Under the pieces are notes generated by a model, which worked only from the letters and a program-made list of their open reading frames with translations, did no database searches and was not told the origin of the DNA. 64,000 nucleotides of DNA from a virus. The DNA is taken from IMG/VR virus record IMGVR_UViG_3300020473_000015; one strand, given 5' to 3'. Each line of letters starts with the position of its first letter. Within the stretch, counting starts at the first letter, position 1. The position numbers and the translations under genes were made by a program. This document shows, piece after piece, positions 1 through 8,567 of the stretch.

Positions 1-20
1 CTTCATATGAGGACGGGAGA

Positions 21-593
21 ATGTTTAAAGATTATTTCTATCAAGCAGAATATTACTCATACGAAGACTTTAAAGTTAGAATGTGGTATGGCTATAGATC
101 CTTATTGGTTGATAATGATACAAATACGTTTGGTTTAATAACACAGGTTCGCAATTGTACAAGAGAGACGCATGCAGATCTTCTTTCACAGTCTTTTAAT
201 ACAAAGTGGAAAAAAGGATTTCTAAAAGAAATTTCTGAAGATTTTGATAAATTTTTATTAGAATACCCAGATTCTTTTTTTCTGCCACATTATTTTAAAA
301 TCCGCGTGTCAGAGAGCGGTAAAAAAATGAAGGATAATCAATACAACGCCAAGTTAAGAAATATTTTAAAAATTAATGAATTGCATGGCATCAGTAGAGC
401 ATTATTAGCTATAGGTGACATTACAAAACAATCCAACATATATCTCAAGAACGAAAATGCAGAATATCCTCGTAAAATAAAATATTTTGGAAAAAGTATA
501 AGTTCGGGCTTGCATTCTTATAAAGAACGTGATAAAGTAGCCAGTGAAGATATTAAAACATCCAATATCATGACGGATTCAGAATATCTATAA
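21..593 (+). CDS. hypothetical protein
   Basis: 190-aa ORF with GGAG SD; no motif recognised. Confidence 0.7.
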   Translation: MFKDYFYQAEYYSYEDFKVRMWYGYRSLLVDNDTNTFGLITQVRNCTRETHADLLSQSFNTKWKKGFLKEISEDFDKFLLEYPDSFFLPHYFKIRVSESGKKMKDNQYNAKLRNILKINELHGISRALLAIGDITKQSNIYLKNENAEYPRKIKYFGKSISSGLHSYKERDKVASEDIKTSNIMTDSEYL

Positions 594-612
594 AGAGGAT
601 ATCACGTAAAAA

Positions 613-1803
613 ATGATCTTTCAAACGTTTGATGATAAAAAAGATTGTATTGCTGTTTATGTAGATAATCAGCTTTTTTTGGAAAAACTGCCAAAGAGAA
701 AATCCCTAACTCACACGTGGGATTATTCCGAAAGCTTACAAAAACCAGACATTAGATATGCTAAGTATTATTGTGGGGGCAAATCCTTATCAGAAATGTG
801 TCCCGACTATCTTACAAAAGAGTGGGAAGTAGTCAAACAAAAATTAAATGCATTTCATCGATCCGCGAAAGAAGTTAAATTAAATTTAAATGAATATTGT
901 TATTTTGATCTATTGCCACCCCACGTGTTGATGGAATATGGCAAAATTAAAAATCAAATATGTGCAAATGTATTTAAGAATTATGAGAAGCCAAAAGATT
1001 ACGATTTTAGAGTGAGTCTTGCAAAAGTCCTCACAGAAATTAAAAATCAAAAATTAAATATTGATATGGAACCTCTTAAAAAGAGGCGTCACGAATTTAA
1101 GGTAAGGCAATTTTTTCGCAAGTTTAAAGAAATTGAACCGTATATATGCTATAATATGTATGGAGCTAAAACTGGAAGACTAACAGCTTCTCAGTTTCCC
1201 ATTCTTACAATGCACAAGAGTTATAGAAAAATATTAAAGCCAAACAATCATTGGTTTTTAGAGATGGATTACAATGCTGCTGAACTTCGCGTCATGATGG
1301 GACTATTGGGAAAAGAGCAGCCGCTAGAAGATGTACATGAGTGGAACATGAAGAACATTTTCAACAACAAGGGCACGAGAGAGGAAGCAAAAAAGAGAAT
1401 TTTTGCATGGCTTTACAATCCCAAATCTCAGGACAATCTTTTAAATAAAGAATATAATAGAGATTTTGTTACCAACAAGTATTATGATGGAAAACAAGTA
1501 ACGACGTTTTTTGATAGAACAATTGATTCTGATGATCATCATGCATTGAATTATATTATTCAATCAACTGCTGCAGATTTGTTTCTAAGGCAAATGATAA
1601 AGGTTTGGGAATTGTTAAAAGATAAGAAATCAAGTATTGCTTTTTGTCTACATGATTCTCTTGTCATTGATTTACATGTGGATGATGAAATGTATGTAAA
1701 TGATATAAAAAACATGTTTGCGAAAACCGAACTGGGAGAGTTTAAAGTAAATTCTTTTGGTGGAAGAAATTTTGGCGATATGAAAAGGTTAAATATTAAA
1801 TGA
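613..1803 (+). CDS. polA: compact family A DNA polymerase (polymerase domain, no recognisable exonuclease motifs)
   Basis: KTGRLT, motif A MDYNAAELRV, motif B REEAKKRIFAWLY, ALNYIIQSTAADL, motif C LHDSLV. Confidence 0.85.
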   Translation: MIFQTFDDKKDCIAVYVDNQLFLEKLPKRKSLTHTWDYSESLQKPDIRYAKYYCGGKSLSEMCPDYLTKEWEVVKQKLNAFHRSAKEVKLNLNEYCYFDLLPPHVLMEYGKIKNQICANVFKNYEKPKDYDFRVSLAKVLTEIKNQKLNIDMEPLKKRRHEFKVRQFFRKFKEIEPYICYNMYGAKTGRLTASQFPILTMHKSYRKILKPNNHWFLEMDYNAAELRVMMGLLGKEQPLEDVHEWNMKNIFNNKGTREEAKKRIFAWLYNPKSQDNLLNKEYNRDFVTNKYYDGKQVTTFFDRTIDSDDHHALNYIIQSTAADLFLRQMIKVWELLKDKKSSIAFCLHDSLVIDLHVDDEMYVNDIKNMFAKTELGEFKVNSFGGRNFGDMKRLNIK

Positions 1804-2666
1804 AAACAATCATTGGCTTAGGTAAAGCAGGGTGCAATATTGCAGATAGCTTCTCTCAATATCCCCAATATAAAATATATAAAATCGATACAGACTTAAA
1901 AGAGGACAAAAATTGCTTTAATTATCCCTCTTTTAAAACTCTGGAAGAATATGAAAGTAACTGTCCTAGTCTTAAGAAGTTCTTCAGATATGTAAAGGGC
2001 GAAGTATTATTTATTACGAGTTGCGGTAAAATCTCTGCTGCTTCTTTGAGAATATTGGAGCAGCTAAAAAACAAATGCGATATCAGTGTTTTATATGTGC
2101 GCCCAGATCGATCTTTACTTTCAGAACTGAAAGCATTAAATGACAATTTAATTTTTGGTGTATTGCAACAATATGCACGCTCAGGCTTATTCAAGAGAGC
2201 ATATTTGGTGGACAACATAAAGCTTTCCGAGATAGTTGGAGATGTGCCTTTAAGAGAACATTACAACAGCTTAAATCAATTAATAACATCGACAATTCAT
2301 ATGGTTAATGTGTTTAATCACTCTAAATCAGAAATAGACACTTTCGATGAAATCTTGGATGTTGCAAGAATTTCAACCTTCAGTATGGTCTCTTATGAAA
2401 ATAATGAAGAAAAAGTGTTTTTTGATCTTGACATCCCCAGACAGAAGTGTTATTATTATGGCATGCCTGAAGAGCTATTAAAGTCGGACGGAAGTTTAAT
2501 GAAAAACATCTCAGAACAACTTAAAATTTTGAAACAATATGATAAAATAAAGGTCAGTTACGGAATATATTCTACGAATTATGACGTGCCTTACGTTTAT
2601 GGTCTGTTGAATAGTTCTGTGGTACAAAATAATAATTTTAGACTTGACAAAGAAATAAATTTATAG
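1800..2666 (+). CDS. divergent tubulin/FtsZ-like protein
   Basis: N-terminal IIGLGKAGCNIAD (T1 loop) and IDT; GGGTGSG signature degenerate (SCGKISA). Confidence 0.65.
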   Translation: MKTIIGLGKAGCNIADSFSQYPQYKIYKIDTDLKEDKNCFNYPSFKTLEEYESNCPSLKKFFRYVKGEVLFITSCGKISAASLRILEQLKNKCDISVLYVRPDRSLLSELKALNDNLIFGVLQQYARSGLFKRAYLVDNIKLSEIVGDVPLREHYNSLNQLITSTIHMVNVFNHSKSEIDTFDEILDVARISTFSMVSYENNEEKVFFDLDIPRQKCYYYGMPEELLKSDGSLMKNISEQLKILKQYDKIKVSYGIYSTNYDVPYVYGLLNSSVVQNNNFRLDKEINL

Positions 2667-2672
2667 TATTAT
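2644..2672 (+). promoter_or_regulatory. sigma70-type promoter upstream of ssb
   Basis: TTGACA-17 nt-TATTAT. Confidence 0.7.
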
Positions 2673-2728
2673 ACAAACCAGCGATGTGAGAGAGTTATCA
2701 CATTGACTTAAAAAGGAGAAAATAAATT

Positions 2729-3490
2729 ATGGCTATTGATATGAAAAAAATGCGAGAGCGAAAAAATGCTCTTGAGAATAAAGGCGGCAACAACAATCGT
2801 TTTTGGCGACCTCAAGACGGTGAACAAACAATTCGTATTGTTCCCACTGCTGATGGAGATCCCTTCAAGGATTACTGGTTCCACTATAATGTTGGAGACA
2901 ATCCAGGATTTTTAAGTCCAAAGCGAAACTTTGGAGAAGATTGTCCATTGGATTCTTTTGTGCGTCAACTTTGGCAAGAAGGCACGGAAGATAGCAAACG
3001 AATGGCCAAAAAGCTTTCTGCACGTCAACGTTTCTTCGCACCCGTTGTTGTACGAGGCGAAGAGGATAAAGGTGTTAGAGTTTGGGGCTTCGGTAAGACC
3101 GTATATGAAACCCTCTTAAATCTAGTACTAAATCCTGAATATGGAGATATCACTGACGCCGAGAGCGGTACAGATCTTGTGCTGACTTACGGTAAACCTG
3201 CTGGAGCACAATTTCCAGTTACACAACTTACACCCCGCCGACGAAGTTCCTCGCTTTGTAAAGAACCGGAAAGATGCCGTGAATTTTTGGACGATGTGCC
3301 AGATTTTGATGAGCTATTTTCAGCTAGCCGAAAATCTTTTGCAGAGGTTCAGGCTATGCTAGATGAGTTCCTTTTGGGCGATTCTGACCCAGAAGAGAAC
3401 TCCACAGAAACTACCAAATATGATGGCGGCGAGAAGGAAAAATCTAGTACTTCCGTTGACCAAGCTTTTGCTGATCTTCTTGGTAGTTAG
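2729..3490 (+). CDS. single-stranded DNA-binding protein (T4 gp32-like)
   Basis: FWRP..IRIVP, FHY, LSARQRFFAPV, VWGFGK, DLVLT; acidic C-terminal tail; adjacent to recA. Confidence 0.8.
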   Translation: MAIDMKKMRERKNALENKGGNNNRFWRPQDGEQTIRIVPTADGDPFKDYWFHYNVGDNPGFLSPKRNFGEDCPLDSFVRQLWQEGTEDSKRMAKKLSARQRFFAPVVVRGEEDKGVRVWGFGKTVYETLLNLVLNPEYGDITDAESGTDLVLTYGKPAGAQFPVTQLTPRRRSSSLCKEPERCREFLDDVPDFDELFSASRKSFAEVQAMLDEFLLGDSDPEENSTETTKYDGGEKEKSSTSVDQAFADLLGS

Positions 3491-3505
3491 GCTGTAAACC
3501 GCAGG

Positions 3506-3535
3506 GAGGCATGGGTAACAGATGCCTCATTTTTT
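3506..3535 (+). terminator. rho-independent terminator-like hairpin
   Basis: GAGGCAT-9 nt-ATGCCTC followed by A and a T6 run. Confidence 0.65.
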
Positions 3536-3555
3536 AACATAGAATAGGAGTTAGA

Positions 3556-4659
3556 ATGGCTAAGAATAAAAAAGCTGGCAAGCTTTCTATTGCCGACATG
3601 CGCAAACTTATCAATAAGAAGGCTGGAATTAATGTAGCACACAATTTAAATGAAGATAGTCCTACAATTGTTAAGGAATGGATTCCCACAGGTTCTAGAT
3701 GGCTTGATAGTATTATTTGTAGAGGACAGTTGGCAGGAATTCCAGTAGGAAAGATTGTTGAAGTCGCAGGACTTGAAGCAACAGGTAAATCATATATGGC
3801 AGCACAAATTGCTGCAAACGCCCAGAAAATGGGTATTGATGTTGTATATTTCGATTCAGAGTCTGCAATTGATCCTGGGTTTTTAGAAAAAGCTGGTTGT
3901 AATGTGGATAATCTATTATATGTACAAGCAACATCTGTAGAGTTCGTTCTAGAAACAATTGAAGAACTTTTAGGTTCTAATGAAAATAAAATGTTATTTA
4001 TCTGGGATTCTCTAGCTTTAACACCTGCCGTTTCAGATATTGAGGGAGATTTTAATCCTCTGTCGTCGATGGCAGTAAAGGCTAGAATTCTTGCAAAGGG
4101 TATGTCAAAACTTACAGTGCCAATTGCAAATAGTCAATCGACATTTCTGGTATTAAACCAACTTAAAACAAATATCACTAGAAGCCCTTCAGAGGCTCTT
4201 ACAACGCCCTATATGACTCCGGGCGGCAAAGCTATGATTTATGCTTATTCGTTGCGTGTGTGGCTCACTGGGCGCAAAGCAAAGGCATCTTTTATCACTG
4301 ATGATAAAGGATATCGAATTGGTTCTGAGGTAAAAGTAAAACTTGAGAAATCTCGCTTTGGAACTGCTGGAAGACAGTGTAATTTTAAAATTTTATGGGG
4401 AGAGGAAATTGGAGTACAAGACGAAGAAAGTTGGCTGGATGCGATTAAAGGCTCGCCGCACCTATCGAACGCTGGCGCATGGTTTACACTTGATTATGGT
4501 GATGGCACGTCCGACAAATTTCAGAGCGCAGGTTGGAAAAAGAAACTTGAAGAACCTAAATTTAAACAGCGAGTTTTAGAGATAATGGATGAAGAAATTA
4601 TCATGAAATTTGATAAACGCACAGGTTCCGCAGAATCTTTCTACGAAGATGGGGAATAA
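3556..4659 (+). CDS. recA: RecA/UvsX recombinase
   Basis: IPTGS..LD, Walker A GLEATGKS, WDSL, NQLK, TPGGKA. Confidence 0.93.
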   Translation: MAKNKKAGKLSIADMRKLINKKAGINVAHNLNEDSPTIVKEWIPTGSRWLDSIICRGQLAGIPVGKIVEVAGLEATGKSYMAAQIAANAQKMGIDVVYFDSESAIDPGFLEKAGCNVDNLLYVQATSVEFVLETIEELLGSNENKMLFIWDSLALTPAVSDIEGDFNPLSSMAVKARILAKGMSKLTVPIANSQSTFLVLNQLKTNITRSPSEALTTPYMTPGGKAMIYAYSLRVWLTGRKAKASFITDDKGYRIGSEVKVKLEKSRFGTAGRQCNFKILWGEEIGVQDEESWLDAIKGSPHLSNAGAWFTLDYGDGTSDKFQSAGWKKKLEEPKFKQRVLEIMDEEIIMKFDKRTGSAESFYEDGE

Positions 4660-4672
4660 ACCATTTTTTGTT

Positions 4673-4682
4673 ACTAATTAAT
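4673..4682 (+). promoter_or_regulatory. candidate phage late-promoter motif
   Basis: ACTAATTAAT; motif recurs ahead of leader-bearing genes. Confidence 0.45.
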
Positions 4683-4710
4683 AGTAGCTAAAACAAGGAG
4701 GCTTTCTAGC

Positions 4711-5079
4711 ATGAAACTAACGAAATCAAGACTTAAACAGTTAATCAGGGAAGAATGGCAAGCTGCATCTGCCGAGGGAATGGAGGTCGGTGAAGAACTA
4801 CCACTGGCAAAGAAAGATAGTAGTTATATTAAACGCATGCGTGACGAAGTTAAAAAAGCTTATATTGATGAACTAGGCCAACTTCTAAGCAGAGAAACCG
4901 ACGAACCACTAAAAGGTCATCAATTTGACAAATGGGTGCAAGCATTGACGATCACCCAAGGCAAAGATGCACGAATCGGTGGGCCCTCTATTTCGCAAGA
5001 TGCGTCTGATGCACAAACCAAACTCCACCACACAACGGATACGGACCCCTCATACGCACAAATTGCTTATGAAGAGTAG
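4711..5079 (+). CDS. hypothetical protein with type-A leader
   Basis: MKLTKSRLKQLIREEW. Confidence 0.75.
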   Translation: MKLTKSRLKQLIREEWQAASAEGMEVGEELPLAKKDSSYIKRMRDEVKKAYIDELGQLLSRETDEPLKGHQFDKWVQALTITQGKDARIGGPSISQDASDAQTKLHHTTDTDPSYAQIAYEE

Positions 5080-5090
5080 AGAGCCTCAAT

Positions 5091-5627
5091 ATGAAACTCT
5101 CACAAACTAGACTCAAGCAAATTATTAAAGAAGAGCTATATGTAATAATGGCCGCACTGGACCATGAGGAAAACTTTGTTAAAAAGCTTGAAGAAGGTCA
5201 TGGCGGTGAAGGTTCAATGGCGAGAAAGCAACTTGCACGCACTGCTGAGTTGGCAACAATGATACAAGATTCTATTACAGATGAAACTAATCTTGAGGAA
5301 TGGGTTGAGTCAAAGATAACAAAAGCTCAAGATTATTTAACTTCAGTTTTAAATTATATGCGTGGTGACGAGTTGGTTGATAAGCCCACCCTTCAAGAGC
5401 GCGGATTTGGTGAGGGAACTCCACCTTCTGGAGAATTTTATAAAAAGCAAGTTATAGAGGAAGATGAGCTAGAGGAGCGGAAACTTTCAAAAGCAGAAGA
5501 CAAAGAAAAAGAGAAAGTCGTTAAAGGCATGAAAAAGAACAAATCAGATTTTGAAAAGCGATACGGCAAAGATGCTAAAAGCGTAATGTATGCGACTGCA
5601 ACCAAAATAGCTAAAGAAACAGCATAA
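5091..5627 (+). CDS. hypothetical (putative virion) protein with type-A leader
   Basis: MKLSQTRLKQIIKEEL; EGSMARKQL..EEWVESKITKAQDYL and KRYGKDAKSVMYATATK segments. Confidence 0.75.
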   Translation: MKLSQTRLKQIIKEELYVIMAALDHEENFVKKLEEGHGGEGSMARKQLARTAELATMIQDSITDETNLEEWVESKITKAQDYLTSVLNYMRGDELVDKPTLQERGFGEGTPPSGEFYKKQVIEEDELEERKLSKAEDKEKEKVVKGMKKNKSDFEKRYGKDAKSVMYATATKIAKETA

Positions 5628-5632
5628 AAACC

Positions 5633-5661
5633 TTGACAAACTTTTCCTAGTTTGTTATTAT
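5633..5661 (+). promoter_or_regulatory. sigma70-type promoter
   Basis: TTGACA-17-TATTAT. Confidence 0.65.
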
Positions 5662-5668
5662 AGTCTAC

Positions 5669-6637
5669 ATGAAAAGAATAATGATTATTGATGCGCTCAA
5701 TCAATTCTTGAGAGCGTATATTGTTAATCCAGCCTTGTCTACAAATGGAGATCCCATTGGTGGAACTGCTGGATTTCTTAAAATTTTACAGAAACTTTGT
5801 AGAGAAATTAAACCTGATAGAGTTGTTATTTGTTGGGACGGTAAAGGCGGCAGCGCAAGACGCAAAATTGTTAATAAAAATTATAAAGAAGGGAGAAAGC
5901 CGCTAAGACTTAATCGTGACGTCAAAAACCTTACAGAAGAAGAGGAACTTCAGAATAAGGTTTGGCAACAAATACGTTTAGTGGAATATTTAAATAATTT
6001 TCCAGTAACACAATTGGTTTCAGATGGCTCAGAAGCAGATGATGTAATTTCTTTTGTAGCTCAACTTCCTGATTTTGAAGATTGGCAGAAAGTAATTGTT
6101 TCAAGCGATAAGGATTTCTTTCAACTACTTGACGACAAAACGGTTGCATATAGGCCCACACAAAAAGAGGTTCTAAACAAAAATGACATTGTTGAAAAGT
6201 TTGGTATCCATCCAACTAATTTTGCACTAGCAAGAGCGATTGTCGGAGACAAGAGTGATAATCTAGACGGAATTAAGGGGATCGGTTTACCAACCATTGC
6301 AAAGCGTTTGCCATTCCTGTCGGAAGAAAAGACATACACCATTAATGAAGTTGCAGAATTTTGTGAAAACGCCAATTCTACTTTAAAGGCTTATCAAAAT
6401 ATTGTTGAGGGCCAAGATGTAATAAAAGAAAACTACCAGTTAATGCAGTTGTATGCTCCAAGCATTTCTGTGCAGAATAAAACTAAGATCAAGCATATCA
6501 TTAGAGATACTGATTTGACCTTTAATAAAACTGCAACAAATGGTATGATGCTTGAAGATGGAATTGGCAAAACAAATTGGAATGACCTTTATACATCTTT
6601 TAGAAAAATTGTGGTAGGCGGCAAAAAAGAAACTTAA
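5669..6637 (+). CDS. 5'-3' exonuclease / flap endonuclease (T4 RNase H-like)
   Basis: IIDALN, WDGKGG, EADDVI, SSDKDF, IVGDKSDNLDGIKGIG. Confidence 0.9.
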   Translation: MKRIMIIDALNQFLRAYIVNPALSTNGDPIGGTAGFLKILQKLCREIKPDRVVICWDGKGGSARRKIVNKNYKEGRKPLRLNRDVKNLTEEEELQNKVWQQIRLVEYLNNFPVTQLVSDGSEADDVISFVAQLPDFEDWQKVIVSSDKDFFQLLDDKTVAYRPTQKEVLNKNDIVEKFGIHPTNFALARAIVGDKSDNLDGIKGIGLPTIAKRLPFLSEEKTYTINEVAEFCENANSTLKAYQNIVEGQDVIKENYQLMQLYAPSISVQNKTKIKHIIRDTDLTFNKTATNGMMLEDGIGKTNWNDLYTSFRKIVVGGKKET

Positions 6638-6642
6638 CATAT

Positions 6643-6716
6643 GCCCTCGTAGCTCAGTTGGATAGAGCATCGGACTTCTAATCCGAGGGTCGCAGGTTCG
6701 AATCCTGCCGAGGGTA
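6643..6716 (+). tRNA. tRNA-Arg(TCT)
   Basis: GCCCTCG/CGAGGGT acceptor, TCGGA-CTTCTAA-TCCGA anticodon arm, GCAGG-TTCGAAT-CCTGC T arm; CCA not encoded. Confidence 0.95.
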
Positions 6717-6734
6717 CTGTTCAAGGAGATAAAA

Positions 6735-6986
6735 GTGATTTTTAAAATAAAAGTTTTTTTGATTTTGTTGGCTCTTGCTGGATGTACAGTTCACTTCGAA
6801 GAAGAGTACATTCCATGTGGATATGACGAAACGCCTTATTATAACGATCCTGATGAATGTGTTGGCCCATGTTGTATCTGGCATGCAGAGGATATTTATT
6901 ATTACAGTGAGTGTGCAGAAGTTTGGTGTTATGAAGAAAATGCATGCGCATGGCAACTGTACGAATATTCTTGCTATGCAATTTAA
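6735..6986 (+). CDS. Cys-rich lipoprotein
   Basis: GTG start, hydrophobic signal with LAGC lipobox, multiple Cys. Confidence 0.65.
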   Translation: MIFKIKVFLILLALAGCTVHFEEEYIPCGYDETPYYNDPDECVGPCCIWHAEDIYYYSECAEVWCYEENACAWQLYEYSCYAI

Positions 6987-6988
6987 AC

Positions 6989-7017
6989 TTGACAATTAAC
7001 GAATGCTTTGGTAATAT
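6989..7017 (+). promoter_or_regulatory. sigma70-type promoter
   Basis: TTGACA-17-TAATAT with TG extension. Confidence 0.6.
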
Positions 7018-7023
7018 AAATTT

Positions 7024-7539
7024 ATGAATATATTTGCTATTGAAGGAACTGGTAATAATATTGATTGGGTTAAATCCGCTCAGTCACAAGATAATTATCG
7101 TGTAGTTAAGATGATTTTGGAATCTTGCCAGATGTTGTGCACAGTGCTCAATGAACAGGCAGGAGAACAAATTACACCTTATCGCTCTACACACAAACAT
7201 CATCCATCTACCAAGTGGGTTTGTAACTCATCAGCTAACTTTGAGGCTCTTGTTGAGCACACAATGGCGATGCTAGAAGAGTACACAGAGCGCTTTGGTA
7301 AAATACATAAATGTTTGTATGTGTTGGAAAAGTGTATGGATTTGTATGATCCGTCTCTTTTTCCCTCTAGCGAGCCAACACGATTGCCGTTAGCGATGCC
7401 TTATGAATTTCATTCTGACAATATTGTCGAATCTTATCGCAAATTTTATGCTTCAAAGCCGAGAATGCGCTATCCGAAAAATAAAATTCCGCAATGGTTT
7501 GTAAATTATCGCGGCGATAAAAAATACGATATTGTTTAA
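7024..7539 (+). CDS. pyrimidine dimer DNA glycosylase (DenV-like) family protein
   Basis: MNIF, VVKMILESCQMLCT, YRSTHKHHPSTKW, PLAMP. Confidence 0.75.
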   Translation: MNIFAIEGTGNNIDWVKSAQSQDNYRVVKMILESCQMLCTVLNEQAGEQITPYRSTHKHHPSTKWVCNSSANFEALVEHTMAMLEEYTERFGKIHKCLYVLEKCMDLYDPSLFPSSEPTRLPLAMPYEFHSDNIVESYRKFYASKPRMRYPKNKIPQWFVNYRGDKKYDIV

Positions 7540-7545
7540 AAAGTC

Positions 7546-7574
7546 TTGACAATTATAAAAATTTAAGATAGAAT
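7546..7574 (+). promoter_or_regulatory. sigma70-type promoter of the tRNA cluster
   Basis: TTGACA-17-TAGAAT. Confidence 0.7.
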
Positions 7575-7588
7575 GATTAAAATAAATT

Positions 7589-7672
7589 GGCCGAGTGGTG
7601 GAATGGTAGACACAACGGACTTAAAATCCGTTATCCGCAACGGGTGTGAGGGTTCGAATCCCTCTTCGGCTA
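7589..7672 (+). tRNA. tRNA-Leu(TAA)
   Basis: ACGGA-CTTAAAA-TCCGT anticodon arm, long variable arm, GAGGG-TTCGAAT-CCCTC T arm. Confidence 0.93.
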
Positions 7673-7677
7673 CATAT

Positions 7678-7867
7678 ACCAGGGTAGCTCAGGTGGTCAG
7701 AGCGCCGTTAGTAGGAAGCCAAAGGTCCACACACGGAATCGCGTTGCAAGCGCACGGGGAATCGCCCCCACCGTAATTAGTGGCGATTGGGTCTGAGGTG
7801 GAAACACCCATGCAAGGTGGATCTATGTACGAAGCGGAGGTCGTTGGTTCAAATCCAACCCCTGGTA
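7678..7867 (+). ncRNA. tRNA body with ~120-nt structured insert in the anticodon loop
   Basis: ACCAGGG/CCCTGGT acceptor, GCTC/GAGC D arm, CCGTT/AGCGG anticodon stem, GTTGG-TTCAAAT-CCAAC T arm; 7710-7832 lies between the anticodon stem halves. Confidence 0.8.
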
Positions 7868-7889
7868 CTTTTTAATTAAGGAGGATTAA

Positions 7890-8027
7890 ATGGAATTTTA
7901 TATTATTGCTTTGTTTGGTTGCGTCGGCGTTATTGGGTATGCATATCATATGATAAAGATGCAAAAAGAAATTGAAGTCTTAAATGATAGAATGGACGCT
8001 GAAATGCGAAGGTTCGAAGAAGAGTAA
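7890..8027 (+). CDS. small membrane-anchored protein
   Basis: AGGAGG SD; MEFYIIALFGCVGVIGYAYHMIK...EEE (45 aa, read manually). Confidence 0.7.
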   Translation: MEFYIIALFGCVGVIGYAYHMIKMQKEIEVLNDRMDAEMRRFEEE

Positions 8028-8033
8028 ACAACT

Positions 8034-8106
8034 ACTCCCGTAGCTCAGTTGGTAGAGCAGGCGGCTCATAACCGCTCGGTCGTAGGTTCGAGTCCTACCG
8101 GGAGTA
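8034..8106 (+). tRNA. tRNA-CAT (probably Ile2, lysidine type; Met not excluded)
   Basis: GGCGG-CTCATAA-CCGCT arm resembles bacterial Ile2; ACTCCCG/CGGGAGT acceptor. Confidence 0.88.
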
Positions 8107-8126
8107 CTTTAACTAGGGGGCAACAA

Positions 8127-8567
8127 ATGAAAGTTGGCGATTGTTGGGAGTGCAATGCGACGTCAGTCGAAATTCACCATCATCATCCAGTGCCTCGTTC
8201 TCGCGGCGGCACCAAAACCGTTCCGCTGTGTTTAGAATGTCACGCAAAGGCACATCATCGCAAAAAACGGATGGCTTCGTCTATATTGACGAAAGAGGGC
8301 CTTGCACGCGCCAAGAAACGCGGTGTTGCACTTGGCAACCCTAAAATTACTGAGGTTGGAGAAAAAGGACGAAACACGCAAAAGAAACAGGCCGTAGCTT
8401 ATGCAAACAAAATTGAACCAATGCTAAGAAATCTTCGTAAACAAGGAATGTCTTTCGCCAGCATTGCAAAAACATTCAATGAAACCGGCATTAGCACTCG
8501 TCGTGGTGGTAAATGGCACGCAAGTACTGTCAGAAACTACTTCAATAAATTAGAGAGAAGTGCATGA
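8127..8567 (+). CDS. HNH domain fused to resolvase E-helix and Recombinase DNA-binding domain
   Basis: CWEC..HHPVPRSRGG..LCLECHAKAH; TKEGLARAKKRGVALGNP; IAKTFNETGISTRRGGKWHASTV; start moved downstream of the tRNA. Confidence 0.75.
   Translation: MKVGDCWECNATSVEIHHHHPVPRSRGGTKTVPLCLECHAKAHHRKKRMASSILTKEGLARAKKRGVALGNPKITEVGEKGRNTQKKQAVAYANKIEPMLRNLRKQGMSFASIAKTFNETGISTRRGGKWHASTVRNYFNKLERSA

Noticed and set aside
2685-2702. CRP site (TGTGA..TCACA)
   Set aside because: Spacer is 8 nt rather than 6 and it lies downstream of the -10; better explained as an RNA hairpin.
7573-7776. 67-aa ORF from the track
   Set aside because: Overlaps tRNA-Leu and the interrupted tRNA; a shadow ORF.
7678-7867. 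tmRNA or canonical BHB-intron tRNA
   Set aside because: It has a true D stem, no G3-U70 Ala identity and no resume-tag ORF; the boundary bases do not form a 3-4-3 bulge-helix-bulge.
8049-8126. N-terminal extension of the HNH-recombinase ORF
   Set aside because: Lies inside tRNA-CAT; ATG 8127 follows a G-rich SD-like tract.
8127-8567. Integrase / prophage attachment at the tRNA
   Set aside because: No catalytic serine-recombinase domain and no duplicated tRNA 3' end in the window.
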